A stretch of DNA of 64,000 nucleotides from an uncultured Collinsella sp. (GCA_900545665.1 UQZU01000009.1:1476-65475); one strand, 5' to 3'; numbered from the stretch's first letter, positions 17,433-27,279 are shown. Notes: generated by a model from the letters alone, not told the origin. Program-made: numbers and translations.

Positions 17433-17702
17433 CTACATCACCATGTTCAGCGCGTTCACAAATTCCTGGGCCTTCGCACGGCTACTCAGGCTAAAGACGC
17501 AAGCGGTCAACAGTCGATTGCGCAGAAAAACGTCGCGGCCCTTGATCCTGTTGACCCCCGTGATGTCCTTAAGATAGACAATCTCGGTGTGCTTGCCACC
17601 AAAAGTGCCCTTCTTGAGCACCTCGATACGATTGGGGTAGATCTTAACGTCTTTAAACCTACCCGAACCTTTGTCCTAGAACAGCAAAGTGTTGTTATCC
17701 AT
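17433..17702 (-). pseudogene. Small (89-codon) gene interrupted by an in-frame TAG at codon 9; weak bacterial PH-domain-like pattern
   Basis: ATG 17702 has GGGAG 8 nt upstream. Translation is MDNNTLLF*DKGSGRFKDVKIYPNRIEVLKKGTFGGKHTEIVYLKDITGVNRIKG..., with the TAG at 17676-17678. The track only reports the GTG-initiated tail. Confidence 0.5.
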
Positions 17703-17870
17703 GCGTGTCACTCCCGCGGGGTTCGCTAAAACTGTCACTATGGTCACATTTTAGTCGCCGCAAGGCCCCCATGCGAAGGTGCCAAACAGCACAGTAATTC
17801 GTGTCCGCGCGAGGCTTTAAACTAAATTCGATAAAGATGCATTCCACAAGAGGAAAGTGGGGCGACAGTG

Positions 17871-18920
17871 ATGGGCGAACTGGTAAACCGTGGAGAATCG
17901 GCAATCGTGCCCGAAGGTTTTTACAAGCAGGTCTCCTCGATTCTCAACGCCGCTCGCGACAAGGCCTATACCGCCGTTAACTTTGCGATGGTTGAGGCAT
18001 ATTGGGAGATCGGCAAGAGTATTGTTGATGAACAGGGCGGAGAGGGGCGCGCAGCATATGGAGAGGCATTGATTGCAGGCCTCTCCAGAAGGCTTACCGC
18101 GGATTTCGGAAGAGGCTTTGGCATCGCAAACCTTCGCAATATGCGTCAGTTCTTTCTTGCGTTTCCAATTCGCGACGCACTGCGTAGCGAATTGAGCTGG
18201 ACTCATTACCGCAGGTTGATGCGCATTTCCGACCCTGACGCTCGCACCTGGTACATGAACGAATGCGCCGATTCTCGTTGGAGCACGCGTCAGCTCGAAC
18301 GCCAGATCAATACCATGTTCCGCGAGCGCCTACTTGCCAGCAAGGACAAGGAGGCCGTCACCCAAGAAATCCAAAAGAGCGCCCCGACCCATCGCCCCGA
18401 GGATATCATCCGCGACCCATATGTACTGGAGTTTTTAGGTTTCTCGGACGATACTGCGTTTCGCGAGAGCGATCTAGAGCAGGCGCTCATCACGCATCTT
18501 CAGAAGTTCCTGCTGGAGCTTGGCCGTGGTTTCGCTTTCGAGGCGCGCCAAAAGCGCATCACCTTTGATGGACGCCATTTCTATATTGACCTTGTGTTTT
18601 ACAACTATCTGATGCGCTGCTTCGTGCTCATCGACCTTAAGACCGATGACCTTACGCATCAGGACCTAGGCCAGATGCAAATGTATGTGAACTACTACAC
18701 GCGCGAACTCATGAACGAAGGCGACAATCCGCCCATAGGCATCGTGCTCTGCGCGGACAAAAGCGATTCGATCGTCGAGTACACGCTGCCCGAAGACAAC
18801 GACCAAGTGTTTGCCGCCAAATACCTGCCGTATCTTCCAAGCAAGGAAGAGCTGGCGCGCGAGCTGAGTGCCGAGTACCGCGCCATCAATGAAGCGTCTA
18901 ATGGCGAAGCGCAAGGGTAG
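17871..18920 (+). CDS. DUF1016 / YhcG-like PDDEXK nuclease domain protein
   Basis: N-terminal YKQVSSILNAARDKAYTAVNFAMVEAYWEIGKSIV. C-terminal nuclease core FYIDLVFYNYLMRCFVLIDLKTDDLTHQDLGQMQMYVNYY. ATG 17871; a GTG at 17868 is an alternative start. Confidence 0.85.
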   Translation: MGELVNRGESAIVPEGFYKQVSSILNAARDKAYTAVNFAMVEAYWEIGKSIVDEQGGEGRAAYGEALIAGLSRRLTADFGRGFGIANLRNMRQFFLAFPIRDALRSELSWTHYRRLMRISDPDARTWYMNECADSRWSTRQLERQINTMFRERLLASKDKEAVTQEIQKSAPTHRPEDIIRDPYVLEFLGFSDDTAFRESDLEQALITHLQKFLLELGRGFAFEARQKRITFDGRHFYIDLVFYNYLMRCFVLIDLKTDDLTHQDLGQMQMYVNYYTRELMNEGDNPPIGIVLCADKSDSIVEYTLPEDNDQVFAAKYLPYLPSKEELARELSAEYRAINEASNGEAQG

Positions 18921-19096
18921 CAGCACGTTGCGACCGAAGCCACCGCAGCCGTCGCAGGCGCACTCGCGGTTGCGACGCACGCTACGAAACAATACCGGTC
19001 ATGGACGCCGGCAACGACATTCTAGCCGTGGCTGGCGAGCATGACCTGACAGGCAAAGACGCGGCCTTCGTCTGATGTGGGTCCATTGGCTGTCAC

Positions 19097-19122
19097 AGAA
19101 AAGGGCCGGTTGCAGCCGGCCC
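19097..19122 (-). terminator. Probable terminator about 220 nt downstream of the zinc-ribbon gene
   Basis: The minus strand reads GGGCCGG-ctgcaa-CCGGCCC followed by TTTTC. Confidence 0.5.
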
Positions 19123-19342
19123 TAGACGATAATACCTGCGTTGCCCGCGTCTCCGAAGTTTAAGCGCTGAGGAGCGGGTTCCGCGGCACAACCTGATTTT
19201 ACCCAGTGAGGCAGCTCTTTTGCAGCCGCTCCACTGTTTATTTACATCTGGCACCCTCAAACAATCAGACAGCAGCCCGCACTCCTGAGAGCCGCCCCGC
19301 ACCCCCGGCCATCACGTTACGGCAACAACCGGCGCTACTCCC

Positions 19343-20680
19343 CTACTTCCCAAAGATCGCAGCAAACAAGCCCTTGCGTTTGGGCTTTTCCTCTCGGTAA
19401 GAACCCTCGACGGCGGCTGCCACCTGACGCGGCTGCTCGCCGTCTCCACGGCGCACAATCTGATAGAGGAACGGCGATTTAACGTATTTGACCTCGACGG
19501 GCGTGGCGTGCACGGTGCTCTCGCCGGACAGATGCAGGCTCGGGTTGAGCGGCGCCACGATATGCGTCTCGCGCTTGTCGCTAAACACTACCGCTGCCGC
19601 ACGACCCGTCTGGCCGTTCACGGCGATGCGCACCTGCTCGCCATCGCGGCCATCCGTCGCCGGACGGTCGACAAAGTACACCGGCACCATCACCAAACCG
19701 TCCTTGTGTTTGCGAGCCTTGCGCGCCCAGGTGCGGATGCTCTTTTTATTGAGCCCCAGTACAGCCTCGGCGTCGTTGCCCGCAATGTCGAGCGCCAACT
19801 TATCAATGACCACCTGGTCCTTGGTAGACGCATCGACGGAGACGACGCGGAAGTCGCCTTCCTGCATGGCAGGGTCAAACGGCCCAACCTTGGCATAGTC
19901 CCACGGCTCCAAAATGCCCATAAGTCGAACATCCAGATAGTTTGCCCTCGGATACGCCCAGTCGAGCACCTCGTAGTACACCAGGGTTTCCTTGCTCAGG
20001 CCCTTGCCCGGGAAGCTCGCCATCATGCGCAGGTCCGCCAGCGCCATGGGGAAATAGAAGAGCATCATGTCGTTTTGGATCGCATCTTCCACGTCGTGCC
20101 CGGCAAAGGCGTCGGGGTACTGGCGCACCAGCTGCAGTGCGTTGGCACGTGCCTGCTGCGGCGAGATTTCGCAGGGAATGCCCTGCTCCGGCACATACTC
20201 CGCACCCACGCCCATGGTCAGACGCTTGCTGAAGGTACCGGGCTTGAGCAGGTCGGCAATGCCGATCTTGTTGCCGCAGGACGGGCACTCAAACACGCGC
20301 TGCGTTGACTCGCCCTCAAAGGACGCTCCGCAGAAGGGGCAAGGAATGCTCACATGCGTGGCCTCTTGGAACTCTTGCGCCGTGCCGCGATCCTCCCACA
20401 GCAGATGTTCCAGGACCGACTGATTGCGCCAGTGCGAATTGAAGAAATACCAGTCCGGGTCCTCCGGGCGCTCGAGTTGCGACACATGCGTGAGCTTGAG
20501 CAGTCCATCCACCACCGTCAACGGCGTATGGCGAATGCCCAAAGCGCTCTTGGGCTCTCCGGCGTCCGCCTGCCACGGAATGACCGCACCGCAATAGGCG
20601 CACTCAAAGCTGCGCTTAGCCTGGTGCGAGTACATAGGGCCGCCGCAGTTTTGACATTTAATGGCAAACATCTCGTCCAT
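19343..20680 (-). CDS. Uncharacterised double zinc-ribbon protein with MinD-like C-terminal amphipathic tail
   Basis: ATG 20680 has AGGAGG 8 nt upstream. CQNCGG..x..CAYCG and CPFCG..x..CPSCG ribbons are followed by a ~290-aa domain of unknown function. The protein ends KPKRKGLFAAIFGK. Confidence 0.75.
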   Translation of the reverse strand: MDEMFAIKCQNCGGPMYSHQAKRSFECAYCGAVIPWQADAGEPKSALGIRHTPLTVVDGLLKLTHVSQLERPEDPDWYFFNSHWRNQSVLEHLLWEDRGTAQEFQEATHVSIPCPFCGASFEGESTQRVFECPSCGNKIGIADLLKPGTFSKRLTMGVGAEYVPEQGIPCEISPQQARANALQLVRQYPDAFAGHDVEDAIQNDMMLFYFPMALADLRMMASFPGKGLSKETLVYYEVLDWAYPRANYLDVRLMGILEPWDYAKVGPFDPAMQEGDFRVVSVDASTKDQVVIDKLALDIAGNDAEAVLGLNKKSIRTWARKARKHKDGLVMVPVYFVDRPATDGRDGEQVRIAVNGQTGRAAAVVFSDKRETHIVAPLNPSLHLSGESTVHATPVEVKYVKSPFLYQIVRRGDGEQPRQVAAAVEGSYREEKPKRKGLFAAIFGK

Positions 20681-20898
20681 GGAAACGTCCTCCTTTGCAC
20701 AGGGGCTGTCGACATTAAGTATGTCGAGCAAACAGGCACATGCCCATACCCATGTGGCCCAAAATGGACCACCCAGGCAGACGAGAAGGCTCGCTCGTTA
20801 GCACCGGCAGACTATTGCTGCATTTTCTGAGCATCGGTGCACGGCGCCCCCGCGCGAGCTACACTATCCCCTTAAACATGATTGTGAGGACGACCGCT

Positions 20899-22080
20899 AT
20901 GCTATTTGTAAATCGGCTGGTACATACGCTTGTTCCCGGCAGCGAGGACGAGCCGGTCGATGCATCTTGCCGCACCAACGCGGGTTTTGCCGCAAGCCTC
21001 ATCTGCATTGGCCTCAACATCACCCTGTGCCTGGCCAAGGGCATCGCGGGCCTGCTCGCCGGTTCCGTCTCCCTCATCGCCGACGCTTTCAACAACCTCT
21101 CCGATGCCTCGAGCAACATCGTGAGCCTGCTCGGGTTCCGCCTTGCCAGCCGCCCGGCAGACGAGGGCCACCCTTACGGCCACGGCCGCTACGAGTACCT
21201 GGCTGGTCTGTTTGTCGCCGTCCTGGTTTGTGCCGTCGGCATCAACCTAATCCTCGAGTCGGTCACCAAGATCATCAAGCCCTCGCCCACCGTGTATTCG
21301 GCGCTCTCCATGGCTGCCCTTGTTCTGTCCATGCTCGTCAAATTCTGGATGGCAGCGTTCAACCGCACGCTGGGCGATCGCATCGACTCCGAAACGCTCA
21401 TCGCCACGGCGCAGGACTCCAAAAACGACGTCATCACCTCGGGCTCGGTCTTGGTGGCGGCGCTTATTTCGCAGACGACCGGCTTTGATCTCGATGGCTG
21501 GGCAGGCCTGGGTGTGGGCATCTTCATCTGCATCAGCGGCCTGGGCCTGGTGCGCGACGCCATCAGCCCGTTGCTGGGGCAAGCGCCCGACCCCAAGCTC
21601 GTCCAGGCAATCCGCGACAAGATCATGTCCTATCCGCAGGTCTTGGGCACACACGACCTCATGGTGCACGACTACGGCCCCGGTCGTCAGTTTGCCAGCG
21701 CCCACGTGGAGATGCCCGGCGAGGGCGACGCGTTTGAGCACCACGAGATTCTGGACACCATCGAGCACGACATCAAGCGCCAGATGGGCATTGGTATCAC
21801 GCTGCACTGCGACCCCATCGCGACAACCGGCGATGACTTGCGCGGCTGGGTCAAGCGCGGCGTCATGCAGATCGATCCCGCGCTCTCCATCCACGACCTG
21901 CACGAGCACGACGGGTTCGTTTCGTTTGACCTGGTGCGTCCCGACGGCTTTGACATATCCGACGAGGAGCTGCTGGGGCTCGTCACGCGCATCGTGCACG
22001 AGCGCCGACCCGATGCCTCATGCGTCGTCACGTTTGATTCGGGCTTTAGCTCGCCCGACCGTCCGGCCGAGCAACTGTAG
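20899..22080 (+). CDS. Cation diffusion facilitator (CDF) family metal efflux transporter
   Basis: LIADAFNNLSDASSNIVSL, HPYGHGRYEY, and a C-terminal cytoplasmic domain with HDLMVHDYGPG. ATG 20899 has a GAGGA RBS; ATG 20878 is an alternative start. Confidence 0.88.
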   Translation: MLFVNRLVHTLVPGSEDEPVDASCRTNAGFAASLICIGLNITLCLAKGIAGLLAGSVSLIADAFNNLSDASSNIVSLLGFRLASRPADEGHPYGHGRYEYLAGLFVAVLVCAVGINLILESVTKIIKPSPTVYSALSMAALVLSMLVKFWMAAFNRTLGDRIDSETLIATAQDSKNDVITSGSVLVAALISQTTGFDLDGWAGLGVGIFICISGLGLVRDAISPLLGQAPDPKLVQAIRDKIMSYPQVLGTHDLMVHDYGPGRQFASAHVEMPGEGDAFEHHEILDTIEHDIKRQMGIGITLHCDPIATTGDDLRGWVKRGVMQIDPALSIHDLHEHDGFVSFDLVRPDGFDISDEELLGLVTRIVHERRPDASCVVTFDSGFSSPDRPAEQL

Positions 22081-22092
22081 CCTGCTTAACAG

Positions 22093-23079
22093 CTAGTTTC
22101 CCTGCGCGCCCGAGATGCCGTTTTGCAGCGCGTCCCAGGCATTGGTAGCCATATCGCCCAGATTCTGAGCAGTATCGCCGAGGTTTTGGGCTGTATCGCC
22201 CAGCTCTTGTGCCTTGTCTCCCAACTCCTGTGCCTTGTTGCTCAAATCCTCCAGCGTATTGGAGCTCGAGCTGTCGGTACCGCTTTGGCCGCCGGACGAG
22301 TTGCCATAGCTGTTCTTGTGCGTGAGCTGAATCTCCAGGTTGCCGTTGTCGTTATAGTAGGCATTCGTAACAACCCAGTTGGAATCGATGACGGGCGTTG
22401 AGCCATCGTCGGTCAGGATCACGGCGTTCGAAAGGTCGGCTCCGCGTGACTTGAGGAGCTTCTTGGCGTTGGACCAGTACTGTCCCGGGATATCGCTCAG
22501 GTCGACGGCAGCAGACTGGGTGGTCTCGGCCTGCTCGGTCGTGGCATCGGTCGTGGCGCCCCGCTTGTTGAGCATGCCCGACACGATGGCGAACACGACC
22601 GACAAGGCAAAGAAGATCGCCAGCACAATCAGGATTTTCTTGATCACGCTCGACGGACGCGACGGTGCCTTCTCCTCGTCCTCACCATACTGCGGAATCG
22701 ATTTGGGATACTCGCGATACGGCTGGCGCGACTCGTAGCGAGGCTGCGCCGTGCGAGGCAAATACGTCGTCTGCTGAGGCTGCGGAATGGGATTCTGCGG
22801 CAGGTTGTCATAGGAATTCGGCGTCGAGGCAGCATAAGAATCCTGCGGCGCGTAATCAAACGGATCCGGAGCTGCGTTGCCATAGGGGCCTTGCGAAGAT
22901 GCAGCGTAAGAATCCTGCGCCGTGTCGCCATAGCCCATAACCCGGGTGGGCTCGGCAGAAGGCTGCGTCGCGGCGGGGTCGGTATAACCGGGGTTGGGAA
23001 CAACGCGGGTCGCATCGACGCTATCGCCAGCCTGCGCGGAACCGTAGCCGCCCATCACGGTTGTCTTGTCCTGATCCAT
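22093..23079 (-). CDS. Single-pass membrane protein: P/Q/Y-rich N-terminus, TM helix, PASTA-like extracellular segment, heptad-repeat tail
   Basis: AAAGGA RBS. TM helix ILIVLAIFFALSVVFAIVSGML. Four 21-nt tandem units at 22153-22236 encode (A/T)Q(E/N)LGD(K/T) repeats. Confidence 0.7.
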   Translation of the reverse strand: MDQDKTTVMGGYGSAQAGDSVDATRVVPNPGYTDPAATQPSAEPTRVMGYGDTAQDSYAASSQGPYGNAAPDPFDYAPQDSYAASTPNSYDNLPQNPIPQPQQTTYLPRTAQPRYESRQPYREYPKSIPQYGEDEEKAPSRPSSVIKKILIVLAIFFALSVVFAIVSGMLNKRGATTDATTEQAETTQSAAVDLSDIPGQYWSNAKKLLKSRGADLSNAVILTDDGSTPVIDSNWVVTNAYYNDNGNLEIQLTHKNSYGNSSGGQSGTDSSSSNTLEDLSNKAQELGDKAQELGDTAQNLGDTAQNLGDMATNAWDALQNGISGAQGN

Positions 23080-23195
23080 GCAACGATTCCTTTCCGTCGC
23101 GCGTGAGCCTCAAGTTATCCATGCATTCTACCCGCGCAAAAGCCTATGATGGGCAGAGTCCGTCGGTATCTACAAGACATGCGCGGGTCTAAGGA

Positions 23196-23233
23196 TCAAA
23201 AAGCCCCGCCGGGCCTTGTGGGCACGGCGGGGC
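23196..23233 (-). terminator. Intrinsic terminator of fhs
   Basis: The minus strand reads GCCCCGCCGTGCC-cacaa-GGCCCGGCGGGGC followed by TTTTTGATCC. Confidence 0.85.
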
Positions 23234-23258
23234 GGACAAGCAGCTATGGACAGCAGAC

Positions 23259-24926
23259 TTAGAACAGGCCGGTGATGTTGCCGTCGTTGTCGACGTCGAT
23301 GTTTTCGGCCGCGGGCACCTTGGGCAGACCCGGCATGGTCAGAACACTGCCGGTCAGCGCGACCACAAAGTGGGCGCCGGCAGAAACCTTGAGCTCACGC
23401 ACGGTGATGCGGAAGTTCTCGGGAGCGCCCAGGGCCTTGGCGTTGTCGCTAAAGCTGTACTGCGTCTTAGCGACGCAAACCGGCAGGTTGCCAAAACCAT
23501 TCTCGCGCAGCTCGGCGAGCTGGCGCTTGGCGGCCGGCGTAAAGTCAACGCCGTCGGCGCGGTAGACCTTGGTGGCAACGGCCTCGAGGGCATCAGCGAC
23601 ATCAGCGCCGTCCTCATAGGCAAACTTGAGCTCGCTCGGCTGCTCAATCAGACGCATGACCTCATCGGCAAGCTCGAGCGCGCCCTCGCCGCCCTTGGCC
23701 CAGACCTCGGACAGCTTAACGTTGACGCCGAGCTTCTGGCACTCGGACTCGATGAGCGCAAGCTCGGCCTCGGTGTCCGTCGGGAAGCGGTTGATGGCGA
23801 CCACGCAGGGCAGACCATATACGTTCTGGATGTTGTCGACGTGACGCAGCAGGTTGGGCATGCCAGCCTTGAGTGCCTCGAGGTTCTCCTCGTTGAGATC
23901 GGCCTTGGCGACGCCACCGTTGTACTTCAACGCACGAGCGGTCGCGACGATCACGACGGCGCTGGGACGAACGCCCGTCATGCGGCACTTGATGTCGAGG
24001 AACTTCTCGGCACCCAGATCGGCACCGAAGCCGGCCTCGGTAATGGCAACATCGCCAAAGCGCATCGCCATACGCGTGGCCATGATAGAGTTGCAGCCGT
24101 GGGCAATGTTGGCGAAGGGACCGCCGTGGACAAACGCGGGCGTGCCCTCGAGCGTTTGCACCAGGTTGGGCTTGAGCGCGTCCTTAAGCAACGCGGCCAT
24201 GGCACCCTGGGCCTTAAGGTCTCGGGCACGGACGGGCTCGCCGGCAAAGCTGTAGCCGACGACGATCTCACCCAAGCGTTCCTTGAGGTCGCTGATGCTC
24301 GTAGACAGGCACAGGATTGCCATGACCTCGGAGGCGACGGTGATATCGAAGCCGTCCTCGCGCGGCACGCCCTGGGCCTTGCCGCCAATGCCGTCGATAA
24401 CGTGGCGCAGCTGACGGTCGTTCATATCGACAACGCGCTTCCAAGTGATGCGCTTAACGTCAATACTGAGCTGATTGCCCTGCTGGATGTGGTTATCAAG
24501 CATGGCGGCCAGCAGGTTGTTGGCAGCACCGATAGCGTGGAAGTCGCCGGTAAAGTGCAGGTTGATATCCTCCATGGGGATGACCTGAGCCCAACCGCCG
24601 CCGGCAGCACCGCCCTTCACGCCAAAGACGGGGCCGAGCGAAGGTTCGCGCAGGGCCACGGCACTCTTGACGCCGCGACGACGCAGGCCGTCGGCCAGAC
24701 CGATGGTCGTGGTGGTCTTGCCCTCGCCCGCAGATGTTGGGTTGATAGCGGTCACGAGGACGAGCTTGGCCTGGTGATCAGTCGGCTCGTTGAGCAGTGA
24801 ATAGTCGACCTTAGCCTTGTCGAAGCCGTACGGAATAAGGTGCTTAACGTCGACGCCGGCGTTCTTGGCCACCTCGGTAATAGGCAGTGGCGTGACAGAA
24901 CGTGCGATTTCGATGTCAGTAGGCAT
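23259..24926 (-). CDS. fhs: Formate--tetrahydrofolate ligase
   Basis: [16 protein letters not shown]...[15 protein letters not shown]...[17 protein letters not shown] 24926 with an AAGGA RBS. Confidence 0.95.
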   Translation of the reverse strand: MPTDIEIARSVTPLPITEVAKNAGVDVKHLIPYGFDKAKVDYSLLNEPTDHQAKLVLVTAINPTSAGEGKTTTTIGLADGLRRRGVKSAVALREPSLGPVFGVKGGAAGGGWAQVIPMEDINLHFTGDFHAIGAANNLLAAMLDNHIQQGNQLSIDVKRITWKRVVDMNDRQLRHVIDGIGGKAQGVPREDGFDITVASEVMAILCLSTSISDLKERLGEIVVGYSFAGEPVRARDLKAQGAMAALLKDALKPNLVQTLEGTPAFVHGGPFANIAHGCNSIMATRMAMRFGDVAITEAGFGADLGAEKFLDIKCRMTGVRPSAVVIVATARALKYNGGVAKADLNEENLEALKAGMPNLLRHVDNIQNVYGLPCVVAINRFPTDTEAELALIESECQKLGVNVKLSEVWAKGGEGALELADEVMRLIEQPSELKFAYEDGADVADALEAVATKVYRADGVDFTPAAKRQLAELRENGFGNLPVCVAKTQYSFSDNAKALGAPENFRITVRELKVSAGAHFVVALTGSVLTMPGLPKVPAAENIDVDNDGNITGLF

Positions 24927-25070
24927 GGGCGGTCCTTTCGTTACCGAATGAGAAAAAGGCCAATTCAGCATAGCACGGGCGCGCAATAGTAAAACGCCCA
25001 TAACCGATGAACGGCGATATGTTTACCCGATGCCCAGCGATAGTCCAACAGCCCGCCAAAACAAAGCGCC

Positions 25071-26138
25071 CTAAACGGTAGGTTCAATCCCCAGGTGCTC
25101 AAAGGTGCGAAGGGTTGCCTGACGGCCCTGCGGCGTACGAATCATCAACCCGCACTGCAGCAAATAGGGCTCATAGACATCCTCGAGCGTGCCCGGGTCC
25201 TCGCCCACCGCACTGGCAAGGGTCGTCAGGCCTACAGCACGGCCGGAGAACGTCTTGGCAAGCGTCTCCAAGATACGAATATCCATCCAGTCCAGACCGA
25301 GCTCGTCGATCTCGAAAAACTCGAGCGCCTGGCGGCAGATATCGAGCTCGATAGGGCCGCTGCCACGCACCTGTGCGTAATCGCGCACGCGCTTGAGAAG
25401 GCGGTTGGCAAGACGTGGCGTGCCGCGCGAACGCGAGCCGATCTCGAGTGCACTGGGATGGTCGATCGTCACGCCCAGGATAGTCGCCGAGCGCGTCACA
25501 ATCTGCGCGAGCTCCTCGACCGTGTAGTAATCCAGGCGATACGAAATGCCAAAGCGGTCGCGCAACGGGCCGGTCAACATGCCTGAGCGGGTCGTTGCCG
25601 CTACCAGCGTAAACTTGGGAATATCCAGGCGAATCGAGCGCGCCGCCGGACCCTTGCCAATCACGATATCGAGGGCAAAGTCCTCCATCGCGGGGTACAG
25701 GACCTCCTCGACCGAACGGTTGAGGCGGTGGATCTCGTCGATAAACAGCACATCACCCGGCTGCAAGTTAGTAAGGATGGCCGCCAGGTCACCCGTGCGC
25801 GCGATGGCAGGGCCACTCGTGGTCTTGATCTGAGCGCCCAGCTCGTTGGCGATAACGGTGGCCAGCGTGGTCTTGCCCAGGCCCGGAGGACCCGAGAAGA
25901 TCACGTGGTCGAGCGTCTCGCCACGGCTCTGCGCCGCTTCGATCAACACGCGCAGGCTCTGCTTGATGTGCTCCTGACCACAGTAATCGTCCAGGCGCTG
26001 GGGGCGCAAAGTGCGGTCGACATCGAGGTCCTCGGCCGTCAGCTCCGAGCCCACCATGCGCTCGCCGTGCGCCATGGATGCCGCCGGCGAGTTGCCGGGC
26101 GTCGCCCACAGGTCCTGAGAGTCATCGGCTTCCCACAT
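25071..26138 (-). CDS. ruvB: Holliday junction branch migration helicase RuvB
   Basis: [20 protein letters not shown] and a typical RuvB C-terminus. The ATG overlaps the ruvA stop (TGATG). Confidence 0.95.
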   Translation of the reverse strand: MWEADDSQDLWATPGNSPAASMAHGERMVGSELTAEDLDVDRTLRPQRLDDYCGQEHIKQSLRVLIEAAQSRGETLDHVIFSGPPGLGKTTLATVIANELGAQIKTTSGPAIARTGDLAAILTNLQPGDVLFIDEIHRLNRSVEEVLYPAMEDFALDIVIGKGPAARSIRLDIPKFTLVAATTRSGMLTGPLRDRFGISYRLDYYTVEELAQIVTRSATILGVTIDHPSALEIGSRSRGTPRLANRLLKRVRDYAQVRGSGPIELDICRQALEFFEIDELGLDWMDIRILETLAKTFSGRAVGLTTLASAVGEDPGTLEDVYEPYLLQCGLMIRTPQGRQATLRTFEHLGIEPTV

Positions 26139-26758
26139 CACGCATCCATTCCGAGTCGCTTAAGCGCCGCGCCGAGCAGATCCTCGACACGCATATTCTG
26201 CCCATCATACCCGCTCAGGGCAACATCGGTCTCCTGCGGGCTAAAGCCCATGGAAAGGAGCGCCGCACGGGCATCATCGATCGCCGAGGGAGCGGCAGCG
26301 GGCACGGGCATCGCAACCTGTCCGGGAATCACGTCGACCGGCACAAAGCCCTTATCCTTGGCAAAGGTGCTCTTGAGTTCCAGGATCAGGCGCTGAGCTG
26401 TCTTTTTGCCCACACCGGGTACCTTGGCCATGCCCTTGTCGTCCTCGGCCATCACCAGCGAATACAGCTGCCCCACGGTATAGGTGGAAAGCACGGCAAG
26501 CGCCAGGCGCGGGCCAACGCCCGAAACGGACACGAGCCGGTCGAACATCGTGCGCTCATCCTTTGAGGAAAAACCGAAAAGTGTCATGGCGTCCTCGCGC
26601 ACCTGCATACGCGTGTAGAGGCGGACCTCGCCACCGGGCGTCGGCAACGTGGCCGCAGTGCTGCCCGAAATGCCGAGCTCAAAGCCAACGCCCGACACAT
26701 CGACGACAGCAGAGCTCATCGTGGCCTCGACAAGCGTTCCGTGGAGCTGGGAAATCAT
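26138..26758 (-). CDS. ruvA: Holliday junction DNA-binding protein RuvA
   Basis: [11 protein letters not shown]...[14 protein letters not shown]...[17 protein letters not shown]. The ATG overlaps the ruvC stop (TGATG). Confidence 0.93.
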   Translation of the reverse strand: MISQLHGTLVEATMSSAVVDVSGVGFELGISGSTAATLPTPGGEVRLYTRMQVREDAMTLFGFSSKDERTMFDRLVSVSGVGPRLALAVLSTYTVGQLYSLVMAEDDKGMAKVPGVGKKTAQRLILELKSTFAKDKGFVPVDVIPGQVAMPVPAAAPSAIDDARAALLSMGFSPQETDVALSGYDGQNMRVEDLLGAALKRLGMDA

Positions 26759-27279
26759 CAGTATCCGGTTCCTCTCTGTTGATAGAACTCGCCACCGGTA
26801 AGGGCGCGGGTGCGGCTGAGGTTTACGTGGCAGATGGCGCAAGCCAGGGCATCGGCGGCATGGTCGGGATGCGGGTCGTGGTCGAGCTGCGTTAGCGTGC
26901 GTACCATGTAGGCGACCTGCCGCTTGTCCGCGGCGCCGGTGCCCACCACAGCCTGCTTGATCTGCATGGGCGTGTATTCGCCAATCTCGAGCGCGCATTC
27001 CGACAGCGCCACGAGTGCAGCCCCGCGGGCATGCGCCGTAGGAATTGCCGAGCGAACGTTAGCACCAAAGTAAATGCTCTCGATAGCAGCGGTATCGGGT
27101 CGATAACGCTCCACGACACCCTTGAGGTCGCGGGCGATATGCGACAGGCGCACCGCGAGCGGACTTCCGGCACTGGTCTCGATGCAGCCGTAGGCACGGC
27201 AGCGAACCTCGCCGCGCCGCTCCTCGATAATCCCCCAACCCGTATGGGCCAAACCGGGGTCGATACCCAAAATGACCAA
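26758..27279 (-). CDS. ruvC: Crossover junction endodeoxyribonuclease RuvC
   Basis: (M)VILGIDPGLAHTGWGIIE. TTG 27279 has GGGGAGG 5 nt upstream; the track TTG at 27300 is less likely. Confidence 0.9.
   Translation of the reverse strand: MVILGIDPGLAHTGWGIIEERRGEVRCRAYGCIETSAGSPLAVRLSHIARDLKGVVERYRPDTAAIESIYFGANVRSAIPTAHARGAALVALSECALEIGEYTPMQIKQAVVGTGAADKRQVAYMVRTLTQLDHDPHPDHAADALACAICHVNLSRTRALTGGEFYQQRGTGY

Noticed and set aside
20749-20761. CCATGTGGCCCA, an 11/12 match to the reverse complement of the 19-nt repeat
   Set aside because: A one-mismatch 12-mer match is roughly what chance allows in a 64-kb GC-rich window. Here it is better explained as one arm of a local hairpin.
24927-25070. 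Possible ZTP (pfl) or THF riboswitch upstream of fhs, and likewise upstream of fchA-folD (13484-13640)
   Set aside because: I read both leaders on the minus strand. The conserved GGGUCGUGACUGGCG and CCGCCUGGGCA elements of the ZTP motif are absent. I see only a bulged hairpin (TCGGTCGGTGG/CCACCCGACCGA) before the fchA RBS. An Rfam scan could still be run.
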